Assembly (NCBI GenBank): GCA_963717145.1
Contig: OY970325.1
Span: 864,001-928,000 of the forward strand
Origin: an uncultured Armatimonadetes bacterium
Lineage (GTDB): Bacteria; Armatimonadota; UBA5829; DTJY01
Length of the DNA stretch: 64,000 bases
Reading direction: 5' to 3'
Program-made: the position numbers and the translations under genes
The notes under the pieces: generated by a model
Told to the model about the DNA's origin: nothing
Database searches by the model: none
Seen by the model: only the letters and a program-made list of their open reading frames with translations
In this document: positions 19,514-29,088 of the stretch, one piece after another
How the letters are laid out: each line of letters opens with the position of its first letter
Numbering within the stretch: the first letter of the stretch is position 1

Positions 19514-21436
19514 ATGCTCGGATATGGCCTGACTATCACCATCCTGATCGCCGTCACATGTCTCGCCGCCTCGGGGGACACCGTGCATCGCCCGACTGCG
19601 GATATCCTCCCGCCGTGCGCGCTTCGGAGCGACACCGGCCATCCGCTCGATGCGAAGATGACAGCGTTCCTTGAGAGGCAGCGGGAGTTCGCCGGCTTCA
19701 AGGACACCGGCATCACCGGCAAGGACTACCTGCGCATCATTCAGGGCGAGGTCGGCTTCTTCCGCAAGTGCCAGGACTCCGATGGCGCGATCATCGACCC
19801 GGTCGAGAAGATCGAGTGGCAGTACTCGACGCCGTGTTACGCGCTCTCGGTGGCGCTCCTCCATGCGACCGGCTTCAACACCGACAAGAAGCTCCTGGAG
19901 AGCGGTCTCAGGGCGATGGACCACTCCATCGACGACATGCACGGATACGCCGCCCACGGTCACGGCGAGTTCTTCATCCAGCCGGTGATGCTCGCCCTCG
20001 ATCTCTATACACAGGTTGCCTCGCCCGAGCGCGTGAGGGACTGGAAGCGGAAGATCTCCGAGATCGACGCCTACGAGTTGTACCCCGACAACCTCCGGCG
20101 CAAGACCCGGTGCTACAACCACAACGTCGTCGCGCTCGCCGGCGAGTATCTCCGCGCGAAGAAGGGGCTCAAGGCCGATGCCGACTTCTTCGAGACGCAC
20201 ATGGCGCACCATATCCAGTACATGACGCCGCTGGGCATGTATCTCGACGCCGCTGAGAACCCTCCGCTGGTATACGACGAGTTCACGCGGCAGTACCTGT
20301 CGAGCATCCTCCTGGAGGGCTACATCGGCGCTTCGTATCGCCCGTTCAGGGACGCCATCTGGCGCGGGGCGTGGACCGCGCTGTTTATGCTCTCCCCAGA
20401 CGGCGAGATACCCACAGGCGGCCGGAGCGCTCAGCATATCTGGAACGAGGCGTCGGCGGTCGTGACCCACGAGACCTACGCCGCCCAGTATGCGCGTCGG
20501 GGCATGCTCGATGAGGCCGGGGCGTTCAAGCGTGCGGCGCATCTCGCGACGAAGAGCATTGACCGGTGGTTGAAGCCGAACGGGACCGGCTTCGTGGTCA
20601 AGAACCGTTTTCCAGTCGAGGCGCATCACGGGTACGAGCGCTACTCGGCCCAGTCGCAGTACAACCTGCTCGCCTGCTGGTTCCTCGCGGCGGCCTATCT
20701 CTACGCGGACGACTCCATCGCAGAGAAGCCGTGCCCGGCGGATGTCGGCGGGTATGTCGTCCCGGTGACCGATCAATTCCACATGGTGTTCGCCAACGCG
20801 GGCGGCAACTACGTGCAATACAACACCCAGGGCGACCTCCGATACAATCCCACCGGCCTGATCCGCGTCCACCTGAGGGGATCGAACCCGCAGCTCGGTC
20901 CGTCGGACGGCGCGGTTCAGCGATGGGACTCGAAGGCGAAGAAGTTCCTCGATGAAGGCGAGCCACTCTGTACCGGACCGGCGTGGCAAGATTCAGGCGG
21001 CAAGTGGCATCGACTCGCGGAATACGATCCCGAGATGCCGCCCGGTGTCGAGGTCCTGGAGGAAAACCCTGACAGAGTTCGATTCCGTGTCACCTACACC
21101 GGCGACTTCGACGGCGTGACCAAGATCACCGAGACGATCACCGTCGAGCCCGGCGGCGTCACGGTCGAGGATTCCCTGGAGGGCGGCATCAAGGCGATGC
21201 GAGTGTACTATCCGATGCTCGTCACCGACGGCATGGACGAGACGAAGGTCGATCTCGCCGGCGACTCGGTCACTCTCTCGCTCTGGGACGGCAAGATCCG
21301 CTACCGGCTGCTCGAACCCTCAGGGATCGAGTTGAAGCGGACCGGCGTCCGTCTCAACCACCGCAACGGCGAGGTCGAGGCGCTCTACGGCGACATCCCC
21401 GGCCTCCGCGCTGTCTACCGCCTCGACGTGCCGTAG
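19514..21436 (+). CDS. Secreted hypothetical protein, possible carbohydrate-active enzyme (helical + beta-sandwich)
   Basis: RBS, signal peptide, 640-aa ORF with host codon bias; no family recognised with confidence. Confidence 0.7.
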   Translation: MLGYGLTITILIAVTCLAASGDTVHRPTADILPPCALRSDTGHPLDAKMTAFLERQREFAGFKDTGITGKDYLRIIQGEVGFFRKCQDSDGAIIDPVEKIEWQYSTPCYALSVALLHATGFNTDKKLLESGLRAMDHSIDDMHGYAAHGHGEFFIQPVMLALDLYTQVASPERVRDWKRKISEIDAYELYPDNLRRKTRCYNHNVVALAGEYLRAKKGLKADADFFETHMAHHIQYMTPLGMYLDAAENPPLVYDEFTRQYLSSILLEGYIGASYRPFRDAIWRGAWTALFMLSPDGEIPTGGRSAQHIWNEASAVVTHETYAAQYARRGMLDEAGAFKRAAHLATKSIDRWLKPNGTGFVVKNRFPVEAHHGYERYSAQSQYNLLACWFLAAAYLYADDSIAEKPCPADVGGYVVPVTDQFHMVFANAGGNYVQYNTQGDLRYNPTGLIRVHLRGSNPQLGPSDGAVQRWDSKAKKFLDEGEPLCTGPAWQDSGGKWHRLAEYDPEMPPGVEVLEENPDRVRFRVTYTGDFDGVTKITETITVEPGGVTVEDSLEGGIKAMRVYYPMLVTDGMDETKVDLAGDSVTLSLWDGKIRYRLLEPSGIELKRTGVRLNHRNGEVEALYGDIPGLRAVYRLDVP

Positions 21437-21572
21437 GGGCGACCTTCCACGGTCGCCCGGCCGTTGAGCCAAGCAGGAACTAGCCATATTCCCCGAGAAG
21501 TAGTAAAGCAGCAGTATAGGTCTGATATGGAGCGCAGGAGCCCTGGTGTCCGGACCGATTGGAGAGGTGACC

Positions 21573-23165
21573 ATGCCACTATACGACAAGCCTACCATAT
21601 TCATCAGCCATGCCGACGAGGACAGGGCAATCGCAGAGGCGCTTGGAGCATTGATCGACGACGCCTTCATCGGTGCGATCGGCCACTGGTGCTCAAGTGA
21701 TAGGAAGCCGAGCGGAGGCATTCGCCCCGGCAAGGAGTGGAACCAGGCCATCCACGAGCATCTCCGAGTTGCTCAGTGGGCCTTCATCTTGATCACGCCC
21801 GTCAGTGTCAAGAAGACATGGGTGATATGGGAAGCTGCGATCGCCAGCCAGATGTGCCGAGGCGGGGTAGTGCCCATCGTTATTGGGATGAAGCTCGAGG
21901 AACTGCCTCCACCCCTTAATGGCTTCAATGGCGTGGACGGACTGGACTCCATGGCTCTCTGCACCGCTTTCGAGAAGATAGCGCAGTCGCAGGGCTATAC
22001 TCCGAGACGTGACGGTGTACTCCGCTATACACGCCGATTCGTGAGAAAGGCTGCACCTCTGGCTCCAAGCCCCAGCGATATGGAGGATGGTGTCCTACGC
22101 GATCCTGCTTTGGTGAGGAAACAGGACCTTGACCTATTTGCAGAACGTTTGGAGGAAAGACTCATCGCCAAGATCGGACGCGTGATTGCGCCGGAACCCC
22201 TCCCTGAATCCCCAGAGCAGACGAAGCCAGACCCAGAGATTGAGATGGCCGCCAAGCAAGCTATCATCCTCGGACACGCCGGTGCATCTCTTGAGGTGGA
22301 GACGGTTCGCTCTCTAGTAGGCAGGCTGCTCGATTCTGGAGATATAGAACAGGCGCTTGCCCTTCAGCAGTATATCGTCAACACAGCGCAGGCCACAGCA
22401 AGTGACTATTCCGCTCTTGGCGCGATTCTGTGGCGGGGGAACCGGTTGGAGGATGCGGAGAGGATGTGCCAAGAAGCCATCAAACTCAATCCGAAGCACG
22501 CAAATGCGTGGTATAACCTCGGGGTAATTGTTGGGAACCGTGGCCGGCTGAAGCAGGCGGAGGATGCCTACTGGAAAGCTGTTGAGTACGCGCCAGAATA
22601 TGCACTAGCTTGGAATAACCTGGGGAAGCTACTCAGGGAAGTTGGCCGTGCTGAGGAGGCAGAGGATGCGTGCCGCAAGGCCATCAGGTTTGACCCCAAG
22701 CTTCCCCATGCGTGGAACAACCTGGCGTTGGTACTGAGTGATATCGGCAAGATGGAGCAGGCGGAGGATGCCTATCGAAAGGCCCTGGAACTCAATCCGA
22801 CCTATCCACTCTACCACAATAACCTTGCCTATCTCATGTGTCAGACCGGGCGCTTGTCTGAGGCAGAGGCGGAAATCCATGCGGCTCTTAGGCTTGACCC
22901 GGACCACTGTTACGCGCATGCGACGCTGGGCCTCTTGCAGTTCGAGAGGGACGATCTGGAGGGCGGTCGTAAGGGCTACGAACGGGCGATTGAGCTTTCA
23001 GCGGGCGATCTGGATCTCCGGCAGAAGTTCCACTATGAATACGGGCGGGCGCTCGCGCGGAATGAATGGGAAGTGGACGCTCGGCGGGAGTACGAACGGG
23101 GTCTGAAGCTCGACACTGACTATGTCCGCAAGGAGATCGAGGCGGGTTTGAAGAAGCTGGGCTGA
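21573..23165 (+). CDS. TIR-domain / tetratricopeptide-repeat protein
   Basis: IFISHADED, ILITPVSVKKTWVIWEA (TIR with conserved Glu); 7-8 TPRs of the AWNNLG..A..AY.KA.EL.P type. Confidence 0.87.
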   Translation: MPLYDKPTIFISHADEDRAIAEALGALIDDAFIGAIGHWCSSDRKPSGGIRPGKEWNQAIHEHLRVAQWAFILITPVSVKKTWVIWEAAIASQMCRGGVVPIVIGMKLEELPPPLNGFNGVDGLDSMALCTAFEKIAQSQGYTPRRDGVLRYTRRFVRKAAPLAPSPSDMEDGVLRDPALVRKQDLDLFAERLEERLIAKIGRVIAPEPLPESPEQTKPDPEIEMAAKQAIILGHAGASLEVETVRSLVGRLLDSGDIEQALALQQYIVNTAQATASDYSALGAILWRGNRLEDAERMCQEAIKLNPKHANAWYNLGVIVGNRGRLKQAEDAYWKAVEYAPEYALAWNNLGKLLREVGRAEEAEDACRKAIRFDPKLPHAWNNLALVLSDIGKMEQAEDAYRKALELNPTYPLYHNNLAYLMCQTGRLSEAEAEIHAALRLDPDHCYAHATLGLLQFERDDLEGGRKGYERAIELSAGDLDLRQKFHYEYGRALARNEWEVDARREYERGLKLDTDYVRKEIEAGLKKLG

Positions 23166-23200
23166 CCCGCCGGGCTGCTGATGACGAGGGACATCCCAAC

Positions 23201-23920
23201 ATGCCGAGAGTATCGAAACCCACTGCTGAGACTGAGTTATACCGGCCGGTCCACGACTATCTGGTGGCGCAGGGGTACACCGTCCGGAGCGAGGTCAAGA
23301 ACTGCGACATCGCCGCCGTCAAGGGCGACGACCTCATCGTGGTCGAGATGAAGCGCACGCTCAACGTCCAACTCCTCGCGCAGGCGGTCGAGCGGCAGAA
23401 GCTCTCGGCGTCGGTCTACGTCGCCATCCCCCGCCCGGCGAACAAGGCCCGGTGGAACGCCGAGTCGAAGGGCATCCGGCATCTCCTCAGGCGTCTGGAA
23501 CTCGGGCTGATCCTGGTCTCCCTGAAGAAGGGCAGGCCGCCGGTCGAGATCGCTTTCCATCCCGTGCCGTTCGAACTCCAACGGCGGAAGAGCAGTCACC
23601 GCGCGGTGATCCAGGAGATCGAACGGCGGTCGGGCAACTTCAATGAGGGCGGGAGCTGTCGGCGGAAGATCGTGACCGCCTACCGCGAGAATGCGGTCCA
23701 AATCGCCTGCTGCCTTTGCGAGATCGGTCCGACATCCCCGAAGGCCTTGCGCGCGATTGGGACTGGGAAGAAGACCCTCGACATCCTCTATCACAACGTC
23801 TACGCCTGGTTCGAGCGGATCGACAAGGGGGTCTACGCCCTCAGCGCGAAGGGCCGGACCGAGATTGGTCAGTACCCGGAGCTTGTCGAGCACTACCGGG
23901 GGCAGATGAAGCATGCGTAG
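23201..23920 (+). CDS. DUF2161-family putative PD-(D/E)XK nuclease/phosphodiesterase
   Basis: ETELYRPV..GYTVRSEV..CDI..VVEMKR; TAYRENA; NVYAWFERIDKGVYALS. Confidence 0.82.
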   Translation: MPRVSKPTAETELYRPVHDYLVAQGYTVRSEVKNCDIAAVKGDDLIVVEMKRTLNVQLLAQAVERQKLSASVYVAIPRPANKARWNAESKGIRHLLRRLELGLILVSLKKGRPPVEIAFHPVPFELQRRKSSHRAVIQEIERRSGNFNEGGSCRRKIVTAYRENAVQIACCLCEIGPTSPKALRAIGTGKKTLDILYHNVYAWFERIDKGVYALSAKGRTEIGQYPELVEHYRGQMKHA

Positions 23921-23963
23921 GGAACGGGCGCTGTCCCGTTCCGTGGGTGTTGACTATCCTCCC

Positions 23964-24082
23964 AGTGTCCGTAGGGACACTTTGTGCAGTTGTTGCCGTG
24001 GTTTCAACCGCCCGGTAGCTCAATCATGCCCCAGGCGACTGAAGTCACGGCAACAAGGGCACGAAGTCCACCTCCGTGGACT
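23964..24082. repeat. Composite REP/MITE-like palindrome (hairpin - inverted repeat - hairpin)
   Basis: Hairpins agtgtccgtagggacact and agtccacctccgtggact flank the imperfect IR ttgttgccgtggtttcaaccgcccgg / ccaggcgactgaagtcacggcaacaa. Confidence 0.65.
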
Positions 24083-24147
24083 GGATAATATACAGAGGCC
24101 TGCGCGCGAAGGAATCGCGGACTCCGAGGGCTAACGGTTTCCTCGAT

Positions 24148-26808
24148 ATGAGCACAATCCGCATCTCCGGAGTGATCCTCTTGATCTTTGCGCTTTCCGC
24201 CGTGCCGGCCTCCGCCGCCGAACTCTCGAACCGCTTCATCCGGCTCACGCTCGACGGGCCGGCTATCACCGAGATGCGCGTCGATCCGCTGGGCAAGAAT
24301 CCGTCCGCCGGGATGAGCTTCGTCAAGAGCCTGAGGCCTGAGTTCTGGCAGGCGACCCCCGAGACCGGGACTGAGATCAGCGGCACAACGGCGACGATCG
24401 GGCCGCTCGAGATATGGGAGTACCGGGGCATGGCGAGCAACGTCGGGATCGACCAGCCGGACAAGCTCGAGCCGGGGCACACGCTCGGGCAGACGATCCG
24501 CGTCCCCAAGGGCGGGAAGCTCTCGTCGGTGCAGGTCCGCCTGCCGACCTGGAACTCGAAGACCTCGGGCGCGACCATCAGCCTCTTCCACGAGGGGAAG
24601 CTGGTCAACTCGCGGCGTATGGAGAAAGTGCCCGACAACTCATGGCAGGAGATCGGCGCGGATGGATCGCCGGGCGCGGGCGAATACGCCGTCGAGATAG
24701 CCGATCCTGTTGGCGATATCGGCTGGTGGAGCAGCAAGGCCGATACGACCTCCTTCGGCGAAGCGCTCGCGGATGGGAAGCCGGTTGCGGTAGATCGGGC
24801 GATCCAGGCGCATACGTATGCCTACGTCGGGAGCGGCTCGATGACCATCCGACTGCAGGGGAGTCGGGTTCACGTTGAGGCAGAGTTCACGCCGACCGGC
24901 GCGATGCAGTACAAGACCTTCCCCTGGCGCTGGATCACGACCTGGACTCAGGACGGCTACGACTGCACGCCCGCATCGGGCACGGTCTTCAGCCGCTTCT
25001 TCACCGACAACCAGCGCTACATGCCGATCGAGCAGCTCAAGCGACGCCCGAACGGCGGCCTCCGGTTCGATGGGTTCAGGTGGCTCGAGATGGACGGCAC
25101 GCGGGATGCCGACTTCCGCCTGGAGAGCGGCCCGATGAGCCTCCATTGGGAGATGCGACCCGATGAGATGCACCTGCGCTTCGACACGGCGATCAAGCAG
25201 ACCGGAGGAGAACCCCCCCTAGCCCCCCCGCAACGGAGGGGGATGGTGACGCAGCCTCGATCGGTATTCCCCTCCGTTGCGGGGGGGCTAGGGGGGGTTC
25301 TCCTCCGGACCCAGTTCACGCTCGATGTGAAGGCGCGAGAGGACTTGGTTCCGCACGAGTTCCCACACTTCGCCTGCTCGGACAAGGCGCTGGAAGCGGA
25401 CCTGAATCGGCTGTGGTGGGAGCGCGCCTTCACATACGGCTCGCCGCCCAATGGGTCGGTCGAGTTCTCCGAGTGGATGGCGATCATGCGCTCCTGGTAC
25501 GACGGTCCTCAGCGGAGAGGTGAGATGGCCCATCTCGCCGATTACCCGATGACCGACGAGGGATACGTCTACGTCTCCGCCGACAGCCTCGGATGGCCGC
25601 TCGTCCCGAACCGCGACACCCGGCACTTCGACACGAACGCGCGGTTCATCCTCGCGTGTTGGCGGCATTACATGTGGACCGGCGATCTGGCGTTCCTCCG
25701 CGGCCAGGCTGAACGGTTGCGGAAGGCGATGGCGTACCAACTCGACGTGCTGAAGGGCAGGGACGGCCTGATCGTGACTCCCGACTTCCGGACCGGACGC
25801 CATGAGGATTTGAGCAACAACTACTGGGACATCCTTCCGTTCGGCCACCTCGATGCCTTCGCCAACGCGGTGTTCTACGGTTCCCTGGAGGCGATGGCGC
25901 AGATCGAGGAGGCGCTGGCAAATGCGGAATGCGGAATGCGGAATGCGGAATACTACCGGAAGCTGGGGCATAAGTCCCATGAGTCCTATGACGTCACATT
26001 CTGGGACGAGAAGGCCGGGCGATACGTCGGCTGCGTGGATATCGACGGCGTGGCGCACGACTATGGCTTCACGTTCGTGAACCTGGAGGCGCTCTACTAC
26101 GGACTTGGCGACGCGGAGAAAGCCCGGCGAATCTACAAGTGGATGGAGACCGAGCCGACCTCCAGCGGGGAGGCCGATACCTACTCGAAGTGGATCTTCG
26201 CCCCGCGCGCAACGACCATCCACAACCCTCAATGGCCCGCCACATCAACCATCAACCATGAACCATCAACCATTCCCCCCTGGTGGACCTACTGGTGGGC
26301 GGGGACTCCCTTCGGCGATCAGTGCCAGGACGGCGGCGCGATCCTCTACAGCTCCTTCTTCGACCTGATGGATCGGGCGAAGTACCGGGGCGCGGACAAC
26401 GCATGGCAGAGGTTCGTCGAGATCATCGACCGATACCGGATGCCCGATCGGCTCTGCGGCGGATCGCCTCTATATCGCGGTGAGGTCTCCCAGCAGGAGA
26501 ACGCGGGTGCGGTCGGCGTGGATTATCCATTCCCTGAGAGCGGGATGGTGCCCTGTTACTTCCTCTACGGCGTGATGGGGATCGATGCGACGCCCGAGGG
26601 GCTGAGGATCAGGCCGCAACTCCCGAAGGCGCTCACGTATGCCGAGGTCCGGGATGTCCACTGGCGGGGGATGACACTCCGAATCCGCGTCACGAATGCC
26701 AAGGTCGAGATCGACGGCTTCGACGCCGCCCGAAAGCCCTTCCGTCGGACGTTCGCCGTCAAGCCGGGCGGGAGCGCGGTACTCGGAGATTCCCTCGCAT
26801 CGAGGTAG
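24148..26808 (+). CDS. Secreted six-hairpin (alpha/alpha)6 glycoside hydrolase-like protein carrying three in-frame repeat insertions
   Basis: Signal peptide; HYMWTGDLAFLR, NYWDILPFG, ANAVFYGSLEAMA, TFWDEKAGRY; C-terminal GIDATPEGLRIRPQLP. Confidence 0.72.
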   Translation: MSTIRISGVILLIFALSAVPASAAELSNRFIRLTLDGPAITEMRVDPLGKNPSAGMSFVKSLRPEFWQATPETGTEISGTTATIGPLEIWEYRGMASNVGIDQPDKLEPGHTLGQTIRVPKGGKLSSVQVRLPTWNSKTSGATISLFHEGKLVNSRRMEKVPDNSWQEIGADGSPGAGEYAVEIADPVGDIGWWSSKADTTSFGEALADGKPVAVDRAIQAHTYAYVGSGSMTIRLQGSRVHVEAEFTPTGAMQYKTFPWRWITTWTQDGYDCTPASGTVFSRFFTDNQRYMPIEQLKRRPNGGLRFDGFRWLEMDGTRDADFRLESGPMSLHWEMRPDEMHLRFDTAIKQTGGEPPLAPPQRRGMVTQPRSVFPSVAGGLGGVLLRTQFTLDVKAREDLVPHEFPHFACSDKALEADLNRLWWERAFTYGSPPNGSVEFSEWMAIMRSWYDGPQRRGEMAHLADYPMTDEGYVYVSADSLGWPLVPNRDTRHFDTNARFILACWRHYMWTGDLAFLRGQAERLRKAMAYQLDVLKGRDGLIVTPDFRTGRHEDLSNNYWDILPFGHLDAFANAVFYGSLEAMAQIEEALANAECGMRNAEYYRKLGHKSHESYDVTFWDEKAGRYVGCVDIDGVAHDYGFTFVNLEALYYGLGDAEKARRIYKWMETEPTSSGEADTYSKWIFAPRATTIHNPQWPATSTINHEPSTIPPWWTYWWAGTPFGDQCQDGGAILYSSFFDLMDRAKYRGADNAWQRFVEIIDRYRMPDRLCGGSPLYRGEVSQQENAGAVGVDYPFPESGMVPCYFLYGVMGIDATPEGLRIRPQLPKALTYAEVRDVHWRGMTLRIRVTNAKVEIDGFDAARKPFRRTFAVKPGGSAVLGDSLASR

Positions 26809-26824
26809 CTCCAAAGACCAAACC

Positions 26825-27258
26825 TTACTGGGTGGGTGGTCGGGGACATCGAGGTTGTAGGCATAGACTATGGAGCAGAAGAAACGACGGATAGCGCAGA
26901 GATTCGACGGACCTCCAACGCCGGCCGAGCGATTGCTCCGGCATCACCTCGATCCGCTCAAGTATAAGGGTTTCAAGTTCTTCCCGCAGGTGGTCTTTGG
27001 CGGTTTCGTCGCTGACTTCTACTGCCCGAGGCTCAGGCTCGTGATCGAAGTCGATGGTGCGTCCCACCAGGACAAGGCCGAGTACGATGCTTGGCGGACA
27101 ACGCATCTGGAAGAGAGGGGACTGAAGGTGCTGCGCTTCACGAACGAGGAAGTGCTCACTGATGTCGATGCCGTGGTCGCGGCGATCATGAGGGGCAGGC
27201 GGTGAGTAGCTGCATTCGAGTATCTACTACGTTGTGCGTCCCACCGCCCACCCAGTAA
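26825..27258. mobile_element. Putative miniature element: DUF559 gene enclosed by terminal inverted repeats
   Basis: Left ttactgggtgggtggtcggggac (26825-26847); reverse complement of right (27238-27258) ttactgggtgggcggtgggac. Confidence 0.55.
26870..27205 (+). CDS. DUF559 (Vsr-like) endonuclease domain protein
   Basis: TPAE..L, FVADFYCPRLRLVIEVDGASH, YDAWRT..LEERGLKVLRFTNEEV. Confidence 0.9.
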   Translation: MEQKKRRIAQRFDGPPTPAERLLRHHLDPLKYKGFKFFPQVVFGGFVADFYCPRLRLVIEVDGASHQDKAEYDAWRTTHLEERGLKVLRFTNEEVLTDVDAVVAAIMRGRR

Positions 27259-27291
27259 CGTATGGCTCTTCGCGGTGGGCATAGTCGGGAT

Positions 27292-27708
27292 TCAGTTCCG
27301 GAGCGAGTAGAGGATCGCCAGGATGATCGGGATCAGCAGTGCGGCCGCTACGACCAGAAGCCGGATGCTGAACGGCTGCTCCGGCTGCGGCGCTTCATAC
27401 GAGAGTTCCTCCATCGCAGCCGGCTGATCCTCGACCGCTTCTTCCGCTTCCAGCGCTTCCGATGAGCCGGCATCCGAGGCGGATTGCTCCATCAAGTCGC
27501 TCAGGATCGTCAGTGCCACTTCAGCATCTTCCGGCTTGACCCAGAGCTGAGTGCCGTCGTCGGGACCAGTCGGCCATATGCCCTCTATGAACTCGTTGTT
27601 CATTGCGTACCGGATGCCTGCCCCGTCGAAGAACGACCTGGCCGCCGTGATAAGAGTCTGATCGCGCGTCTCCAGTATCTTGACCAGTTCTTGGCTGTCT
27701 CCATGCAT
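27292..27708 (-). CDS. DUF2007-like putative signal-transducing protein with C-terminal TM helix
   Basis: ARSFFDGAGIRY..LWVKPEDAEVALTIL pattern; GGAGG RBS. Confidence 0.7.
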   Translation of the reverse strand: MHGDSQELVKILETRDQTLITAARSFFDGAGIRYAMNNEFIEGIWPTGPDDGTQLWVKPEDAEVALTILSDLMEQSASDAGSSEALEAEEAVEDQPAAMEELSYEAPQPEQPFSIRLLVVAAALLIPIILAILYSLRN

Positions 27709-27805
27709 GGGAACGACCTCCGGAGGTCGAAGATATCCGACCGCTGAGCCATTCTACCACGCCCCAGTCGCCGAATCCTGCATGGGTGTGTCTACAACAT
27801 GCGGA

Positions 27806-27910
27806 GAGCAACTCCCAACTGGGTGGGCGGGCGGGTACAAACTCCGGATGCGGTGGTGTCCGCCGTCCCCGGAGTTTGTACCCGCCCGCCCACCCAGTTG
27901 GGAGTTGCTC
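27806..27910. repeat. Perfect 42-bp inverted repeat with 21-nt loop (MITE-like)
   Basis: 27806-27847 is the exact reverse complement of 27869-27910; contains ACTGGGTGGGCGG shared with the DUF559 IR. Confidence 0.92.
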
Positions 27911-27986
27911 AGAATGACACCTCTGAGGCAGGAATCACCGACTCCGAGCGCGAACCAACCCGTAATCAGATCAACAGGAGCATTAC

Positions 27987-28316
27987 ATGACCGAGCATAT
28001 CACTCAAGAATTCGAAAACGTGACCGTCGCCACCAAGGCGAATATCTACTTCGACGGCGGAGTCGTGAGTCATACCATCTGTTTCGCTGATGGGAGCAAG
28101 AAGACCCTCGGCCTGATCTACCCGGGCCACTACACGTTCAACACGGGAGCGCCCGAGCGGATGGAGATCATTTCCGGCGACTGCCGGGCACGTCTCGCAG
28201 GCGAGGAGGAGTGGGGACACTATCCCCCCGGCACGGCTTTCAGCGTCCCGGGCAACTCATCGTTCGAGATCGCCGTCGAGGAGATCATCACGGAGTACAT
28301 CTGCTCATTCGAGTAG
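27987..28316 (+). CDS. ppnP: Pyrimidine/purine nucleoside phosphorylase (DUF1255)
   Basis: KANIYFDGGVVSH..KKTLG..Y.FNT..PERMEI..F.VPGNSSF..EYICSF. Confidence 0.92.
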   Translation: MTEHITQEFENVTVATKANIYFDGGVVSHTICFADGSKKTLGLIYPGHYTFNTGAPERMEIISGDCRARLAGEEEWGHYPPGTAFSVPGNSSFEIAVEEIITEYICSFE

Positions 28317-28326
28317 GCTAAGGAAA

Positions 28327-28369
28327 TGTCCCCCTTGCGAAGGGGGACCGGCCTGTGGGCCGAGGGGGT
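28327..28369. repeat. CCCC..GGGG-type palindromic repeat between convergent genes (possible terminator)
   Basis: gtcccccttgcgaagggggac hairpin followed by gagggggt; same style as 25202-25308 and 56628-56664. Confidence 0.55.
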
Positions 28370-29082
28370 CAGCGTTTCCTGAACAGCCCTGCCCATAGGA
28401 ATTGCTGACCGAACAGCGGTGGGGACTCGTCCATCTCCCGCATCTGGCGCAGTTCCACCTCCTCGAACAGAGCGCCGAAGATCGTCTGTAGGCGCTCCTT
28501 CGAGTATCCGAGCCCACCGTGCATGCTCCGGTCGCGGTAGACCTGCCAGTCCGAGATATCCGAGCCGCCCATCTCCTCCGGTGGAGCGGCTCCCATGCAG
28601 ACGATGCCGAACATCCCGCCGGGTCTGAGCGCCCGATCGAGTAGCTGGAGGTAGCTGATCCTCCGGTGCGGCGGGATGTGGTGGAAGCATCCGCAGTCGT
28701 ACACAATGTCGTAGCTCTCGGACTCGATATCGAGGTCGAAGATCGACTTGCAGGCGAAGTTGATGCTCAGACCCCTCTCGGAAGCGCGCTCCTTCGCCCA
28801 CTCGATGCTGACCGGCGAGATGTCGATCGCATCCACCATGCATCCCTGCTGTGCCATGTAGATCGCATTGCGTCCCGGCCCGCAGCCGAGTTCGAGCATT
28901 CGTCCAGGCTTCATCCGCTGGGTCTCGAAGTACTCCACCAGGTTCTCGTCGGGCGCACTGGTGAAGAAAGGGATTGGCTTCTCCCGATCCGCATAGAACT
29001 CATCCCACCATTCGCCCTCGTCCCGCAGCAACGAGTCGAGCATAAGGAGAATATCGTCGATCGTGTAGATGCCTTCGTCCAT
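28369..29082 (-). CDS. Class I SAM-dependent methyltransferase
   Basis: LELGCGPGRN, AIDIS, YDIVYDCGCFHH, LRPGG. Confidence 0.92.
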   Translation of the reverse strand: MDEGIYTIDDILLMLDSLLRDEGEWWDEFYADREKPIPFFTSAPDENLVEYFETQRMKPGRMLELGCGPGRNAIYMAQQGCMVDAIDISPVSIEWAKERASERGLSINFACKSIFDLDIESESYDIVYDCGCFHHIPPHRRISYLQLLDRALRPGGMFGIVCMGAAPPEEMGGSDISDWQVYRDRSMHGGLGYSKERLQTIFGALFEEVELRQMREMDESPPLFGQQFLWAGLFRKR

Positions 29083-29088
29083 CCGTGT

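Noticed and set aside
17195..20989. Long antisense ORFs (e.g. 17195..19045, 19079..20989, 28666..30294, 10691..11875, 275..1471)
   Set aside because: They are shadow frames of real high-GC genes, with no motifs or RBS.
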